From contig JBILLK010000013.1 in NCBI GenBank assembly GCA_044376115.1, positions 32,001 to 96,000 of the forward strand: a stretch of DNA of 64,000 nucleotides, in the 5' to 3' direction. This document shows positions 39,146-49,006 of this stretch, in pieces. A program made the position numbers and the translations under genes. Source of the stretch: Polyangiaceae bacterium. Its GTDB lineage: Bacteria; Myxococcota_A; Polyangia; Polyangiales; Polyangiaceae. Position 1 is the first letter of the stretch. Every line of letters starts with the position of its first letter. The notes beneath the pieces are model-generated. The model was not told where the DNA came from and made no database searches. It was given only the letters and a program-made list of their open reading frames with translations.

Positions 39146-39265
39146 CCGTACGCGAGCACGCTCGACGCCGAGATCGCGAAGCTATCGGCGAAAAACACCA
39201 GCCAGACCGTACGCGAGCACGCTCGACGCCAGGATCGCGCAGCTATCGGCGAAAAACACCAGCCA
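39146..39265 (+). repeat. Tandem duplication, ~60-bp unit x2
   Basis: CCGTACGCGAGCACGCTCGACGCC...GCTATCGGCGAAAAACACCAGCCA twice. Confidence 0.88.
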
Positions 39266-39267
39266 CC

Positions 39268-40287
39268 CTAACGCAGCGAGAGCGCCCACGCCGTCTTGAG
39301 CCACAGGTCGGCGTCAGCGGCTGGGGCTGCGAGCTCGACATCCGGGAGGACTCCGGCGCTGCCTGGACGGCCGGCGACCGACCAGGTTGCGACGTCGGCG
39401 CGCAGGGACTGATCTGCGCCGGTGACGACGCGCTGCACGCTGCCTTTGCCGTAGCTTCGTTCTCCGACGAGCCGGGCGCGGCCGGCGGATTGGACGATCG
39501 CCGCGAAGACCTCGGCGGCCGACGCGCTGGTGCGATCGATGAGCACCCAGAGCGGCATGCCCCAACGAGCGCTGGCCTCAACGCTGATCACTTCCTGCTC
39601 ACCGCCGCAGTCGAGGTCGACGTGCGCCTGACCTGTCGGCAGAAAGTCCGCCGCGAGATACGCGGCCTCGATGAGATCCCCGCCCGGGCAGCCACGCAGA
39701 TCGACGATCAAGGCGCGGGCCTCAGCGCTGGAGAAGGGCTGAAGCGCTCGCGCGAACGCGCTCCTCATACCCGTGCCGAAACAACTTGGGCGCAGCCGAA
39801 TCACCCCATTAGGGAGAAGCTCCGCCTCGACTTCGGGGCGCAACATCGACTCGGCGAGCTGCGAGAGCTCGCTGCTGCCGACCTCCGCTGCGCCATCGTT
39901 CGCCAGGCAGAACATCACGTTGACGGCGCTCGGTACGGCGACGAGCCCTAGGCCGTTGTTCATCATGTTGCCCGTCGTGGGCAGCGCAAGGTTGATGGCA
40001 GGCAGCTTGTCGATAAAGACGATGGGATTACCCATCGTGTACTTGCCCATGCCCTTGATCGTCGGGTGGGCGGAGCCGGCCTCGTCGCCGGTGGTCATCG
40101 AGATCACGCTGCCGAGGTTGAGGGCGTTGACGCCGGACACCTTCACCGTCGTCGAGAACGCCTGCGCTTGCGCGTTCATACCGATGTTGGGATAGGGGAC
40201 GGGGATCGGAGCGGGCGCGGCGGGCGTGAGGCATACGTCGGGAAACCCGATGTTCATGCCAGCGCCGCGGTTGGAAGCAGGGAGCAT
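39268..40287 (-). CDS. PAAR-like DUF4150 domain fused to an S41 (tail-specific protease) peptidase domain
   Basis: GFPDVCLTP...PVPYPN, GDEAG; LIVDLRG.PGG, VLID..SASAAE, LVGE.SYGKGSVQ. Confidence 0.88.
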   Translation of the reverse strand: MLPASNRGAGMNIGFPDVCLTPAAPAPIPVPYPNIGMNAQAQAFSTTVKVSGVNALNLGSVISMTTGDEAGSAHPTIKGMGKYTMGNPIVFIDKLPAINLALPTTGNMMNNGLGLVAVPSAVNVMFCLANDGAAEVGSSELSQLAESMLRPEVEAELLPNGVIRLRPSCFGTGMRSAFARALQPFSSAEARALIVDLRGCPGGDLIEAAYLAADFLPTGQAHVDLDCGGEQEVISVEASARWGMPLWVLIDRTSASAAEVFAAIVQSAGRARLVGERSYGKGSVQRVVTGADQSLRADVATWSVAGRPGSAGVLPDVELAAPAADADLWLKTAWALSLR

Positions 40288-40294
40288 GGGAGCC

Positions 40295-40849
40295 TCAGCC
40301 TAGGTGAATGGCCTTGCCGTTGATGGTCACTTTGTTCTTGGTCAGGAGCGTGCTGCTTTCGGCGCTCGTGACACTCGCGCCTTCCACCGTCGTGTGCGTG
40401 CTGCCGGCCTGGACGCTCAGCAGCTCGGTCACCTGCTGACGCAGACTTTGAAAACGCTGGTTCACGGTGCGGGCGAACATCTCGAGCTTGCCGGCGCGAA
40501 CCTCCAGCTTGGGAGTATCGATATCGACCGTGTGGCCGGACAACGCGAGCCGTCCCCCGGCCTGAATCTCGAGATCGCCCGGGAATGCGATCCTCCCCTT
40601 GCCGGTGCCAGCAATCACACCGATCACCCATGCGCCGCGCGCGTCGGCGATCACGAGTACGGTGTCGCCCACCGCGGGCTCGTAGCTGAACGCGAGCGCC
40701 AAGCGAGCTTCGCGCTCCGCGCCGCTGGGCAACGCGACACGCACACCGAGCGCGGTTGCCTCGAGAACCTCCGCCGGACCCAACTCATGTGAGGGAGGGA
40801 TAGGGCTCGGTTCGTTGACGACGCGGTGAAGATGGGCGACCTGGCTCAC
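40295..40849 (-). CDS. DUF3540 protein (TagC-like)
   Basis: A.S..P.VGD.VLV...WVIGVI; ends V.INGKAIHLG; position before DUF4150. Confidence 0.85.
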   Translation of the reverse strand: MSQVAHLHRVVNEPSPIPPSHELGPAEVLEATALGVRVALPSGAEREARLALAFSYEPAVGDTVLVIADARGAWVIGVIAGTGKGRIAFPGDLEIQAGGRLALSGHTVDIDTPKLEVRAGKLEMFARTVNQRFQSLRQQVTELLSVQAGSTHTTVEGASVTSAESSTLLTKNKVTINGKAIHLG

Positions 40850-40874
40850 GTTGCTCTCCTTGGTTTGATGCGGT

Positions 40875-42614
40875 TCAACGACGCGGCGGCGGTCGCCACG
40901 CCTCGGCCTGCAGACGCAGCGGATCGGTCTGCTTGGCAGTGGCTGTAAGCGCGCCGTTCCAGGTGGCGCCGTCCGTGCGCGCTGCGTGCAAGTTGGCGGC
41001 GGCCAGGTTGGCGCCCGAGAGGTCGGCGCTCGAAAGGTCCGCGTGCGAGAGGTCGGCGTAGTCCATGCGTGCGCTGGTGAACAGCGCCCCCTGCGCGCGC
41101 GCCTTCACGAAGCGCGTCTCGCGCAAGTCGGAGTCCCCAAGCACCGCTCGCTCGAGCTCCGCTTCGTCGAACGTGGCGTAGCGCAGCCGGGCCTTCGCAA
41201 GCTTTGCGCCTCGCAAGTTGGCTTTGCCGAAGTACGTCCCACGAGCATCGGCGCCTTGAAAGTCCGTTTGCTCGGCGATGGTGCCATCGAAGCTCGCCTC
41301 CTTCAGCACAGCATCCCGCAGGTTGGCCCTCGAGAGCCGGGCCTCCTTGAAGTCTGCGTGAGTGAAGTCGCAGCGGCGCAGGTCCATCCCTTCCAGATTG
41401 GCGCGTACGAAGGAGCAGCGTGTTAGCCGCAGCCCCGCGAGCGGCAGCTCTCGCAGGTCCAGATCGTCGAAGTTGACGGTCTTGAGCTCGGCGCGCGCGA
41501 GCTTGGTGCCCGCTAGCTTCGCGTCGGTCAGGTTGGCGCCCCACAGAAACGAGCCTGAAAGATCGGCTCCCGAGAGATCCGCCCGCGAAAGATCCGTCAT
41601 CAGCAGGCGGGCGCCCTGCAGCTTGGCTCCGCGCAGATCGGCCGCCTCGAGGTTCGTCATCTCGAGGTCGAGCGACGAGAGCTCGCTGTTCGCCAGCTTG
41701 CACTCGCTGAGAATGGCGCGTCGCAGGTCGGCTCCGGTGAAGTCTGCGTTGGTGAGGTCACAGCCCGTCAGATTGCACAACTCGAGCAGCGACCCAGCGA
41801 GATGGGCGCGATGCAAGTTGACCCCCATGAACGAACTGAAGCGTAGGTCGCAGCCCTCCAGAGCCAGCGGCCCCACGTCGGCGCCGCCGAGCTCGGCACG
41901 CCGCGGATCGGCGGCCGGCAAGTCGAAGTCGGTCATCACGGCGTTGCGAAAGAAGCACTTCGCAAGGACCTTGGGCAACTTGGCGCAACGCAGATCCGCA
42001 CCGTCGAAGACTACCGCCGCAAGCGCGGCCTCTCCCAGATTCGCGCGCACCATCCTCGCCTGAACGAAGATGGCGTTCGCGACCGTTGCGCCCGCGAACA
42101 CGGTGTTCGTAAGGTCGGCCTTGGTGAAAGACGCGCCGTCGACTTTGGACCCGCTAAAGTCCGCAGCAGCGAGCTTGGCTTCGTCGAAGCGCGCCTCGGA
42201 GAGATCGCAGCCGACGAGCCGAGCGCTTAGCAGCCTCGACTGCGTGAAGACGACCCCGGAGAGGTTCAGACCGCTGAAGTCGACGCGGCCCAGCTCACAG
42301 TCGATGAACTTCGCACCGGCCAGCGCAGCACCGACGAAAGCGACCTCAGTCAACGTCGAGCGCAGACAAACGACCTCTCGCAGGTCCGCGCTCGAGAGGT
42401 CCACACGCGAGAGATCGCTGCCGCCGATCTGCGCCCGGCGCAGGCTGGCACCCGCAAGCTTGGCGCCCGCCAGCTGCGTGTGGAGCAGCCGCGCGCCCTC
42501 GAGCTTGACGCCCGAAAGATCGAGCCCGCGCAAATCCAGATCGCTCAGATCGGCGCCAGTCAGGGGCTGGCCGCTCCTCGCGCAACGAACGACGTCCTCG
42601 GCTGAAAGCCTCAC
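40875..42614 (-). CDS. Pentapeptide repeat protein (TagB-like)
   Basis: Nearly continuous A(D/N)LxG-type pentapeptides; GTGA overlap. Confidence 0.92.
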   Translation of the reverse strand: MRLSAEDVVRCARSGQPLTGADLSDLDLRGLDLSGVKLEGARLLHTQLAGAKLAGASLRRAQIGGSDLSRVDLSSADLREVVCLRSTLTEVAFVGAALAGAKFIDCELGRVDFSGLNLSGVVFTQSRLLSARLVGCDLSEARFDEAKLAAADFSGSKVDGASFTKADLTNTVFAGATVANAIFVQARMVRANLGEAALAAVVFDGADLRCAKLPKVLAKCFFRNAVMTDFDLPAADPRRAELGGADVGPLALEGCDLRFSSFMGVNLHRAHLAGSLLELCNLTGCDLTNADFTGADLRRAILSECKLANSELSSLDLEMTNLEAADLRGAKLQGARLLMTDLSRADLSGADLSGSFLWGANLTDAKLAGTKLARAELKTVNFDDLDLRELPLAGLRLTRCSFVRANLEGMDLRRCDFTHADFKEARLSRANLRDAVLKEASFDGTIAEQTDFQGADARGTYFGKANLRGAKLAKARLRYATFDEAELERAVLGDSDLRETRFVKARAQGALFTSARMDYADLSHADLSSADLSGANLAAANLHAARTDGATWNGALTATAKQTDPLRLQAEAWRPPPRR

Positions 42615-45019
42615 GGATCCCTCACCACGCGCTCCACGAACGCGTCAGTCAAATCGAGCCCCTTGCCGTGGGCCCCGGTCAGCACCGCTTCGTAGAGACT
42701 CGCACGCGATAGGTTGGCACGCTCGAGGTTGGCGAGCCGCGCATCCACCGACATGAGGTTGGCAAAGGTCATCGTCGCGGCTCGCAGATCCGCCCTGTAG
42801 AAGCGAGCGCCCCGCAGGTTCGCGCCGTGGAACCGCCCCTCTTTGATCGACGCCTCGGTGAAGTGAGCCTCGCGTACGTCTGCGAAGGAGAAGTCCGCTT
42901 CGTCGAGCTTGGCGCGCATAAAGAAGCTGCGTTTGGCGACGACGCCGATGAAGCGAGCACCGAGGAGGTTCGCCTCGACGAAGCTTGCCTGCTCCAGCTC
43001 GGCCCCCTCGAAGTTGGCGCGCTCTGCGTTGATCGAGCTCAGGAGCGCACGTTCGGCCGAGCTCTCGCGCAGGTCGCAATCGCAAAGATCCGCCCGGTCG
43101 AGGTCCGCATGGTCAAGGTTTATGCCGCGCAAACTCGCGCCCGTCAGCCGCGCTTCATCGAAAATGGCGTACTGCGCGCGAGCATGACCGAGTTTGGCGC
43201 TCTCGAGGTTCGCTCGTTCGAGGAAGGCCTCCTCCAGGTAGCACTCGCGCAGGTCGGCGCGCGCGCCCTTGACCTCGCCCAGATGCGCCAACGTCAGATC
43301 GGCACCGCGCAGATCGGCTCCCTCGAGGTTGGCGCGAAACAGGATGGCGTGCGTAAGCTTGGCTCCGCGCAAATTCGCCCCGCGTAGATCGGCGCGCGCG
43401 AGGTTGGCGCGCTCCAGATTCGCCCCCGAGAGGTCGGCACCTGCGAGGTTGGCATCCGCGAAGTCGCGCTCTCGCAAGTCCGCACCCGGTCCAGGCGCGG
43501 CGGTCGAGAGCGGACCGGGCGGCTCGTAGCTCGGGTCGAGCTGCTTCCATTGCGGCTGGTACGGGATCGCCTCGACCTTATCCAGGCCCTCGAATCGGCG
43601 CCCAGTACGCTGCTCTTGTTCGCGCAGCTTCGCCGTTTGCGCCATCAGGTTGCGCATCTTCGGGCGCAACATCGGGTCGGGTATCCGCCCCGGCTTCGCG
43701 TGACGCATCGGCGGCACGACTTTCTCGTTCTCCTCGCGCACGTCGGCGGCGATCTTGTGGAGGTCTGGGCGATGTGCGGCCGGCGTGCTCGCGAGCTGAG
43801 CCATCGCCTGCGACGTTTGGTTCAGCTTCTCCTCGCTCATCAGCGGGCCCAGGGCGCGCTTGAGCTCGTTCGATACGGGGTCCTTCGTCGGGTCCGCCGC
43901 TGGGCCCGCAGGGGCTTCTCCTCGGCGCTCCTTCTCGCGTCGATCCCAGGCTTCTGAAAGCTCTTTTGGCATCTCCGCCAGAACGCCGGTCGGGTCTTTC
44001 TCGAAGGCTTCGATCTCTGCTGCGTAATGCGCGCGAGGCAGCCCGCGTTCGCTCAAGGACTCACTGGCGATGAGCACCGTTTGCACGTCGCTCAAGTCGA
44101 GCTCGTGGACGGGGCTCAGGCCGCGCCAGGTCAACACCACCTGATTCTCGTCGGGCAGGGCAAGCAGCGTATCCAAGGCCATCGCGATCTCTTCGATCTC
44201 GCCGCGCTTGTTTTTCACGAAGGCGCGCACGCGTAGCCCCGGAAGACGCGTCTCGAAGACGCGGTGCTTCGGATGCAAGTAGTGGAACTTCACTTCCTCG
44301 TCGCCGCGCAGGTACCCCGCCCATTGCTGGTCGGCCGGAGCGGCGTGGAAATAGGTCCAATCGAAATCGTCCGCGTAGAAGGGCGCGCGCAGCTTGGCCC
44401 ACGCAGCGCCGTAATTCTTGCCGGTGCGCGCCTTGCGTGCAGCCCAATTGGAGCTCAGCGGTGCGAACGATCCCGGCGCCCGCTCTTGGCCACGCGCGGT
44501 GAGCCGCTGCGAATTGAGCTCAACGTTTGGCAGCGCGTCCCCTCGATGACCTTTTCCGACAGGGTTGGCGTCGAAGCCTGAACCGCCGAAGGCATGCGCG
44601 TAATCCAGTGGCATGATCGCGAAGGGCTTGGGCTCGCCGATGGTGCCGAACGGGCCGTTCTGCCACTGCCTGTCTCCGTAAACGACCAGCTCCTTGCGCC
44701 AATGCCCCACCGAGAAGCGCACCGGGCATTCGCTCACCAGCTGGCCCGGATGGCAGCTTCCGCTCAACATCACCTCGGCGTTCACCTTGAAATCGGCGAG
44801 GTCCCCGGGGTACTCGCAGGCGCCGGTGCGCTCTTCATCTTCGGCCGCGAAGGTCTCGCCGGAGATCAGCCCTTGATCCAGCCCCTCGATGGGCGTGACC
44901 ACGCCGTCGCGCACGAGCGTGAAGGCACCGCGCACCACCAACACCATCTCGGGCTGCGGTGGCCGGCGCGAGGTCGTACGCGTCGCGTGGAAGAGACCGG
45001 TGGTGTTCTTGACGAGCAT
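42611..45019 (-). CDS. DUF2169 adaptor fused to pentapeptide repeats (TagAB-like)
   Basis: D..FK..AEV.L.G, K.L.V.GDR.W, PL.Y..AFGG...NPVGKG, LPN.E, F.AAP.DQ, LDTL; C-terminal pentapeptides. Confidence 0.92.
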   Translation of the reverse strand: MLVKNTTGLFHATRTTSRRPPQPEMVLVVRGAFTLVRDGVVTPIEGLDQGLISGETFAAEDEERTGACEYPGDLADFKVNAEVMLSGSCHPGQLVSECPVRFSVGHWRKELVVYGDRQWQNGPFGTIGEPKPFAIMPLDYAHAFGGSGFDANPVGKGHRGDALPNVELNSQRLTARGQERAPGSFAPLSSNWAARKARTGKNYGAAWAKLRAPFYADDFDWTYFHAAPADQQWAGYLRGDEEVKFHYLHPKHRVFETRLPGLRVRAFVKNKRGEIEEIAMALDTLLALPDENQVVLTWRGLSPVHELDLSDVQTVLIASESLSERGLPRAHYAAEIEAFEKDPTGVLAEMPKELSEAWDRREKERRGEAPAGPAADPTKDPVSNELKRALGPLMSEEKLNQTSQAMAQLASTPAAHRPDLHKIAADVREENEKVVPPMRHAKPGRIPDPMLRPKMRNLMAQTAKLREQEQRTGRRFEGLDKVEAIPYQPQWKQLDPSYEPPGPLSTAAPGPGADLRERDFADANLAGADLSGANLERANLARADLRGANLRGAKLTHAILFRANLEGADLRGADLTLAHLGEVKGARADLRECYLEEAFLERANLESAKLGHARAQYAIFDEARLTGASLRGINLDHADLDRADLCDCDLRESSAERALLSSINAERANFEGAELEQASFVEANLLGARFIGVVAKRSFFMRAKLDEADFSFADVREAHFTEASIKEGRFHGANLRGARFYRADLRAATMTFANLMSVDARLANLERANLSRASLYEAVLTGAHGKGLDLTDAFVERVVRDP

Positions 45020-45025
45020 GGGCGA

Positions 45026-46729
45026 CTACAGGCCAAGCTCCACGACGATGGCCTTGACTGTGCGCTTGAGGCACATGTCCGAGTTCGAGAGCGTCGTCGT
45101 CTTTTGCTCGAGCGCGTTCGTCTTGGTGGACAAGGTGTTGGTCGTGGTCGACAGCGCAGTAACGGTATTCTGGAGCGCGAGCAGATCCTTCTGCAGAGCG
45201 ACCTTGTCCTCCTTCGGGATCTTCACCTCCAAGATGCCAGCGGTGGCGATCTCGACCCCCAGCGCAGCCTGGAAGCCGAACTTGCCGCCCAAGAAGATCT
45301 CGATCGCGATTCCGATTTCCATCGCCAAGTGCACCGCTCCGAGGTGGCCTTCGAAGTGGAAGGGCGTGGTGGTGGTCTCCTCGATCATGATGTCGACGAT
45401 GGTGTTGCTCACCTGGCGGTTCTTCAGATGCGTAAATTCCGTCACCGTGTCGCCGTAGCTCTTCGAGGTCGTGTTGGTGACGTGTGACTCCTCGTTGCTG
45501 TCGGTCACGCTCGTGTAGGAATCGGTCTTGATGGCGTAGGTCCTCTCGAAGATGCCGCCTTCCGTGGTGCCGAAGCCGACCGGCTGTTCCGGGGAGCCTG
45601 TCCAGCCGTCGATGCGGCGCGCCCAGGTCTTCTCGATGATGTGTGGGTTGGAGCGGATCACGTCCAAGTTGTCGTGCTCCCATTCGGGCACGAGGCGGTC
45701 GGTCTTCGTACCCACGGCGTTCGCAGAGCCAGTCGGCCCGTACTTGGGCAGATCGTATTTACGATCGCTGAAACGGTGCGGCGGGTCATGACCGAGCGAT
45801 CCGGCGATCGCGTCGCGCGCAACGCTGCCGGAGGGCGGCGGATTCGCCGAGCCGGTGTACGTCTCGAGCACGTCGCCCCAGCGCTCCTCACGGAAGTTGC
45901 CGGCGTAACGCGCGTATTCATACACGCCCTCGGTGGTGTTCACTAGAAGCCAGACGCCCGTCTGCTTCATGCTCTCGGAGTCGGTGAACACGTAGTCGGG
46001 CACAAACTCGAGCCAAAACCCAGCGCCAGGCATCGTCCCGGGCGCGTAGTCGACGACGTGATCGCCGGTCGCCTCCCAGCCCATGCCCTCGCCCGGATCG
46101 TCCTGGCGCCCCATCACGATCATCTTGTAGTTGCCCCGTACGACTTCCACCTTGTCACCGTAGGTGGTGGTGATGCGGTTGCCGTCCGAGTGGTCGCGCC
46201 ACCCGCCGCGGGCGTAGAGCTGCCGACTCTCGTTCTGGCGCTGGGTCTGCGTGAGGCCATGCCCCCGAACCGCGTGATCCGCCTTCGTGTTGAGCAGCGG
46301 ATCGAGATCCACGTCGTGGGTTCGAACATCGTCGAGAAAGAAAACGTCGTTGTTGCCGGCAGCGCTCGGGCTTCGCGTTTGAAAAGGCGGCGCGTCGGTG
46401 AGCCAGCTCCCCTCGCTCGTATCCCACTCAGTACTTGCCGGGCGTCTCGGATCGCCCGGCCCACCGGCTTGGTGGATGGCCGCGAGCAGCTCGATCGATC
46501 GCTCGTTCTCGTCCGCAATGTCGAACTTCCCTAACCGCAGGAAGGACGACATCACCACCGTCTCGCTGTATCCGTTCGGACGGCTAGCGTCCCCTTTGCG
46601 TTCGAACGGGCTCGAGCCGAAGTCCGGCACTTTGATCAAAAAGTGCTTCTCATTGCCCAGGTTCGACTGCGCTAGGTAGTCGCCGTCTTCCTGATCCGAG
46701 TCGTCGTTCGTGCTGAAGGTCCCACTCAT
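45026..46729 (-). CDS. Hypothetical protein, putative separately encoded VgrG spike (Gp5-C-like beta strands)
   Basis: 2 nt after vgrG stop; GNRITTTYGDKVEVVRGNY and Thr/Gly-rich beta-strand C-terminus. Confidence 0.55.
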   Translation of the reverse strand: MSGTFSTNDDSDQEDGDYLAQSNLGNEKHFLIKVPDFGSSPFERKGDASRPNGYSETVVMSSFLRLGKFDIADENERSIELLAAIHQAGGPGDPRRPASTEWDTSEGSWLTDAPPFQTRSPSAAGNNDVFFLDDVRTHDVDLDPLLNTKADHAVRGHGLTQTQRQNESRQLYARGGWRDHSDGNRITTTYGDKVEVVRGNYKMIVMGRQDDPGEGMGWEATGDHVVDYAPGTMPGAGFWLEFVPDYVFTDSESMKQTGVWLLVNTTEGVYEYARYAGNFREERWGDVLETYTGSANPPPSGSVARDAIAGSLGHDPPHRFSDRKYDLPKYGPTGSANAVGTKTDRLVPEWEHDNLDVIRSNPHIIEKTWARRIDGWTGSPEQPVGFGTTEGGIFERTYAIKTDSYTSVTDSNEESHVTNTTSKSYGDTVTEFTHLKNRQVSNTIVDIMIEETTTTPFHFEGHLGAVHLAMEIGIAIEIFLGGKFGFQAALGVEIATAGILEVKIPKEDKVALQKDLLALQNTVTALSTTTNTLSTKTNALEQKTTTLSNSDMCLKRTVKAIVVELGL

Positions 46730-46731
46730 AG

Positions 46732-48216
46732 CTACTTATTCTCCGAAAATTGGAGCACGATCCCGGTCGCCGACTCGATGCGGTTGGCGAACGAGTTGCG
46801 CGCCGTCACTGAGGAGCGGTTGGTCGCATTCGGCACCGAGCCGACGATGATTGGTCGATCGGGGTCCCCGTCGAGGAAGGCCACGATCACCTCAGCACCC
46901 GGCCGCAGCGGGAAGTGGAAGCCATGATTCGGCCCGGCGAACGGCTGCGCCATGCGTATCGGGTGCGAGGCGCGCTCCTCCCCCTCGTGGGGCACCGTGT
47001 CGAAGTGCAATTGCACGATGTACCGGCCTTCGTCGTCGATCTGGGCGAGGCCGCCCACGTTGCCCGAAGCGCCGAGGGAGGTGGTTCCCGTGACCAACCC
47101 GTAGATGCGCGGGCGCGGGGTGATGAGCTGCGGCCGAAAGCGATTCGACGCGTCGATCGCGCGGAACGAGTTGGAGTAGGCGCCGGCTACACCGCCCTCG
47201 CCTTCCGTCAGGTGTGCTGTGTGAATGACTTCGACGATCAGCAGCTGCTTATCCGCGAGATAGGGGTGGTCGATGAGCTTCGGGCTCGCCCCTGCCGTCA
47301 GCGCCAAGACGTTGCTCTTGCCGAAGTAGGTCTCGCTCTCGACGAGCTGGCGCTCGGCGCGGATCTTGGCGATGCGCGTGCCCTCTTCCTTGGTCTTGTG
47401 GTGCGAGCCGTACTCCACCACACCACCGCCATTGCCGAGCGGCTCGCGGTCTCGCTCCAGAGAGTGCACCGCGCTGATGTCGGCCAAGGGGTGGCGGTAG
47501 TTGTAGTCCTGGACGCAGAACGTCGACGGAAACTGCTCGCTCTCGACCTCCAGAGCGAACACGTCCTCGTGCATTCCGTCCACGCGATAGCGCAACACTT
47601 CGAGCACGTGGGAGATCCCGCGGCGGGCTGGATCATCGGTGAAGATGACTTGCTCCGGCCCCTCCTCTTCCTCGTGTGAAAAGACGTAGCTGATGCCGAG
47701 GTGCTCCGCGAGCCGGCTCACGAACGTGAGGTCCGTTTCTTTGTACTGCACCACGAGCTCGCGTGCGGGCCAGTCTTCCGCCTGAAATGCGAGGCTCTTT
47801 GCAACGAGGTCATGCAGCTCGTACTTCTGGCGGATGATGTCGCGCACGGTCGAGTTCACGAACACCTCTTGCGTCGACACCAACCGCAGCGCCGACAGCT
47901 GCGGCACCACGCGGAGCACATACGTACGCCACTTTCGGTTCGCATCCAGCCGGTCCCGCACAGACTGCAGCACGCCGTGAATCTTCCGCAGCTCGAGCTC
48001 GCTGCTATCGGTCGACTGGCGCGAGAGCACGATGGTGAGTTGCGCGCGCGGCGCGGCACCCGCTGGAAGCGTGGCGCCGTTGCGCATGACGACCGTCAGG
48101 TCGAATTGAAAGAGCTGGGAGATCTGTTCTCGACCCTCGAGCTTGTCGACCTGGAGGTCGCTCGCATCAAAATCCCGTGACTCGAGCGTGATCGTCAGTG
48201 GGCGCAGCGAAGCCAT
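46732..48216 (-). CDS. vgrG: VgrG/TssI-family protein, short (gp27-like plus Gp5 OB fold, no long spike)
   Basis: GREQIS.LF.F.L, VQY.ETDL.FVSRL.E..GI, DYNYR.P, D.EGRY.V...FD, RMAQP.AG...G.HFPL.PG.EV.VAFLDGDPDRPII.G. Confidence 0.93.
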   Translation of the reverse strand: MASLRPLTITLESRDFDASDLQVDKLEGREQISQLFQFDLTVVMRNGATLPAGAAPRAQLTIVLSRQSTDSSELELRKIHGVLQSVRDRLDANRKWRTYVLRVVPQLSALRLVSTQEVFVNSTVRDIIRQKYELHDLVAKSLAFQAEDWPARELVVQYKETDLTFVSRLAEHLGISYVFSHEEEEGPEQVIFTDDPARRGISHVLEVLRYRVDGMHEDVFALEVESEQFPSTFCVQDYNYRHPLADISAVHSLERDREPLGNGGGVVEYGSHHKTKEEGTRIAKIRAERQLVESETYFGKSNVLALTAGASPKLIDHPYLADKQLLIVEVIHTAHLTEGEGGVAGAYSNSFRAIDASNRFRPQLITPRPRIYGLVTGTTSLGASGNVGGLAQIDDEGRYIVQLHFDTVPHEGEERASHPIRMAQPFAGPNHGFHFPLRPGAEVIVAFLDGDPDRPIIVGSVPNATNRSSVTARNSFANRIESATGIVLQFSENK

Positions 48217-48309
48217 TCGGCGTAGGGGACTTGAACCTGGCCAAGCCGTCAACACGGAACGTGGAGAAGAACACGCGAACTCGAACCGCGAGCGGACTCG
48301 AGGGCCAGC

Positions 48310-48750
48310 TCAGAACACCGTGAGCCTCTTTGAGCTGTCGTCGTTGGGGTCGCCGCGCCACACCCCGTCATCCCAGTAGCAGCCGCACCAGTCACCCTTA
48401 TCTTCGCGATCGCATAGCTCGTCCCCGATCCAGATTTCACACCAGCCGCCCGTGAGCTCTTCGCCCGCGCCAAGGTCGCTGACGTTCAGTCGAACTGCGT
48501 AATCCATGGTCCCGGGCCTCACCTCCAGCGCCCACGGCAGATCCTTCGCGCCCACCTGAACCGTCTCGTCGCCGACCTGGTAGGTCATCACCGCGCGCTC
48601 CCCACCCCCAGCCTTCAACGTCGCGACGCGTGAGCGGCAGCCGACCCCGCTGAGCATTGCCAGCGTGCCCCCACAAACGGCGAGCGCTCCAAGCAAGCGC
48701 CTCGGGCTCCACCTTCCGCGCCAGTCCTTCGATCCACGATGAGCCCGCAT
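48310..48750 (-). CDS. Small Cys-containing putative lipoprotein upstream of vgrG; start uncertain
   Basis: Hydrophobic segment plus GVGC; LPW and CEI.IG motifs. Confidence 0.55.
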   Translation of the reverse strand: MRAHRGSKDWRGRWSPRRLLGALAVCGGTLAMLSGVGCRSRVATLKAGGGERAVMTYQVGDETVQVGAKDLPWALEVRPGTMDYAVRLNVSDLGAGEELTGGWCEIWIGDELCDREDKGDWCGCYWDDGVWRGDPNDDSSKRLTVF

Positions 48751-48792
48751 CGCCTACGAAGATACGCCGCCCGCGAGCCCGCTCGCCAGCAC

Positions 48793-48889
48793 TGGCTCGT
48801 ACGGAGAGCGCTGTGCGGGCCGGACGGAGCTGCTGCCGCGAGCAACGCGCCCATTCGACCTGAGATAAACTATCCAAGGCACAAAGGGC
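48793..48889 (+). repeat. Partial family B element (right half)
   Basis: TGGCTCGTACGG...GCCCATTCGACCTGAGATAAACTATCCAAGGCACAAAGGGC. Confidence 0.85.
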
Positions 48890-48972
48890 GGACCGGCCGA
48901 GCGCGGGCAGCGACTGCTCGCCATCCCGGTGCAGTCGGACTCGCGGTGCTCACGGGTCCTTTGCTGCACGGC

Positions 48973-49000
48973 TTGACGTACAACGCATGGGTTGTACGAT
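48973..49000 (+). promoter_or_regulatory. Putative hicAB promoter (TTGACG-16-TACGAT) overlapped by operator palindrome CGTACAAC-N6-GTTGTACG
   Basis: Seen directly, 6 nt upstream of the hicA GTG. Confidence 0.7.
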
Positions 49001-49006
49001 GCACTG

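Noticed and set aside
40875..43460. Pentapeptide repeats as Qnr/MfpA quinolone resistance
   Set aside because: Size and context (DUF2169, DUF3540, DUF4150, vgrG) indicate secretion-system accessory proteins.
39268..48216. Prophage tail remnant
   Set aside because: No phage structural, packaging or integrase genes; gene set matches T6SS-type spike modules.
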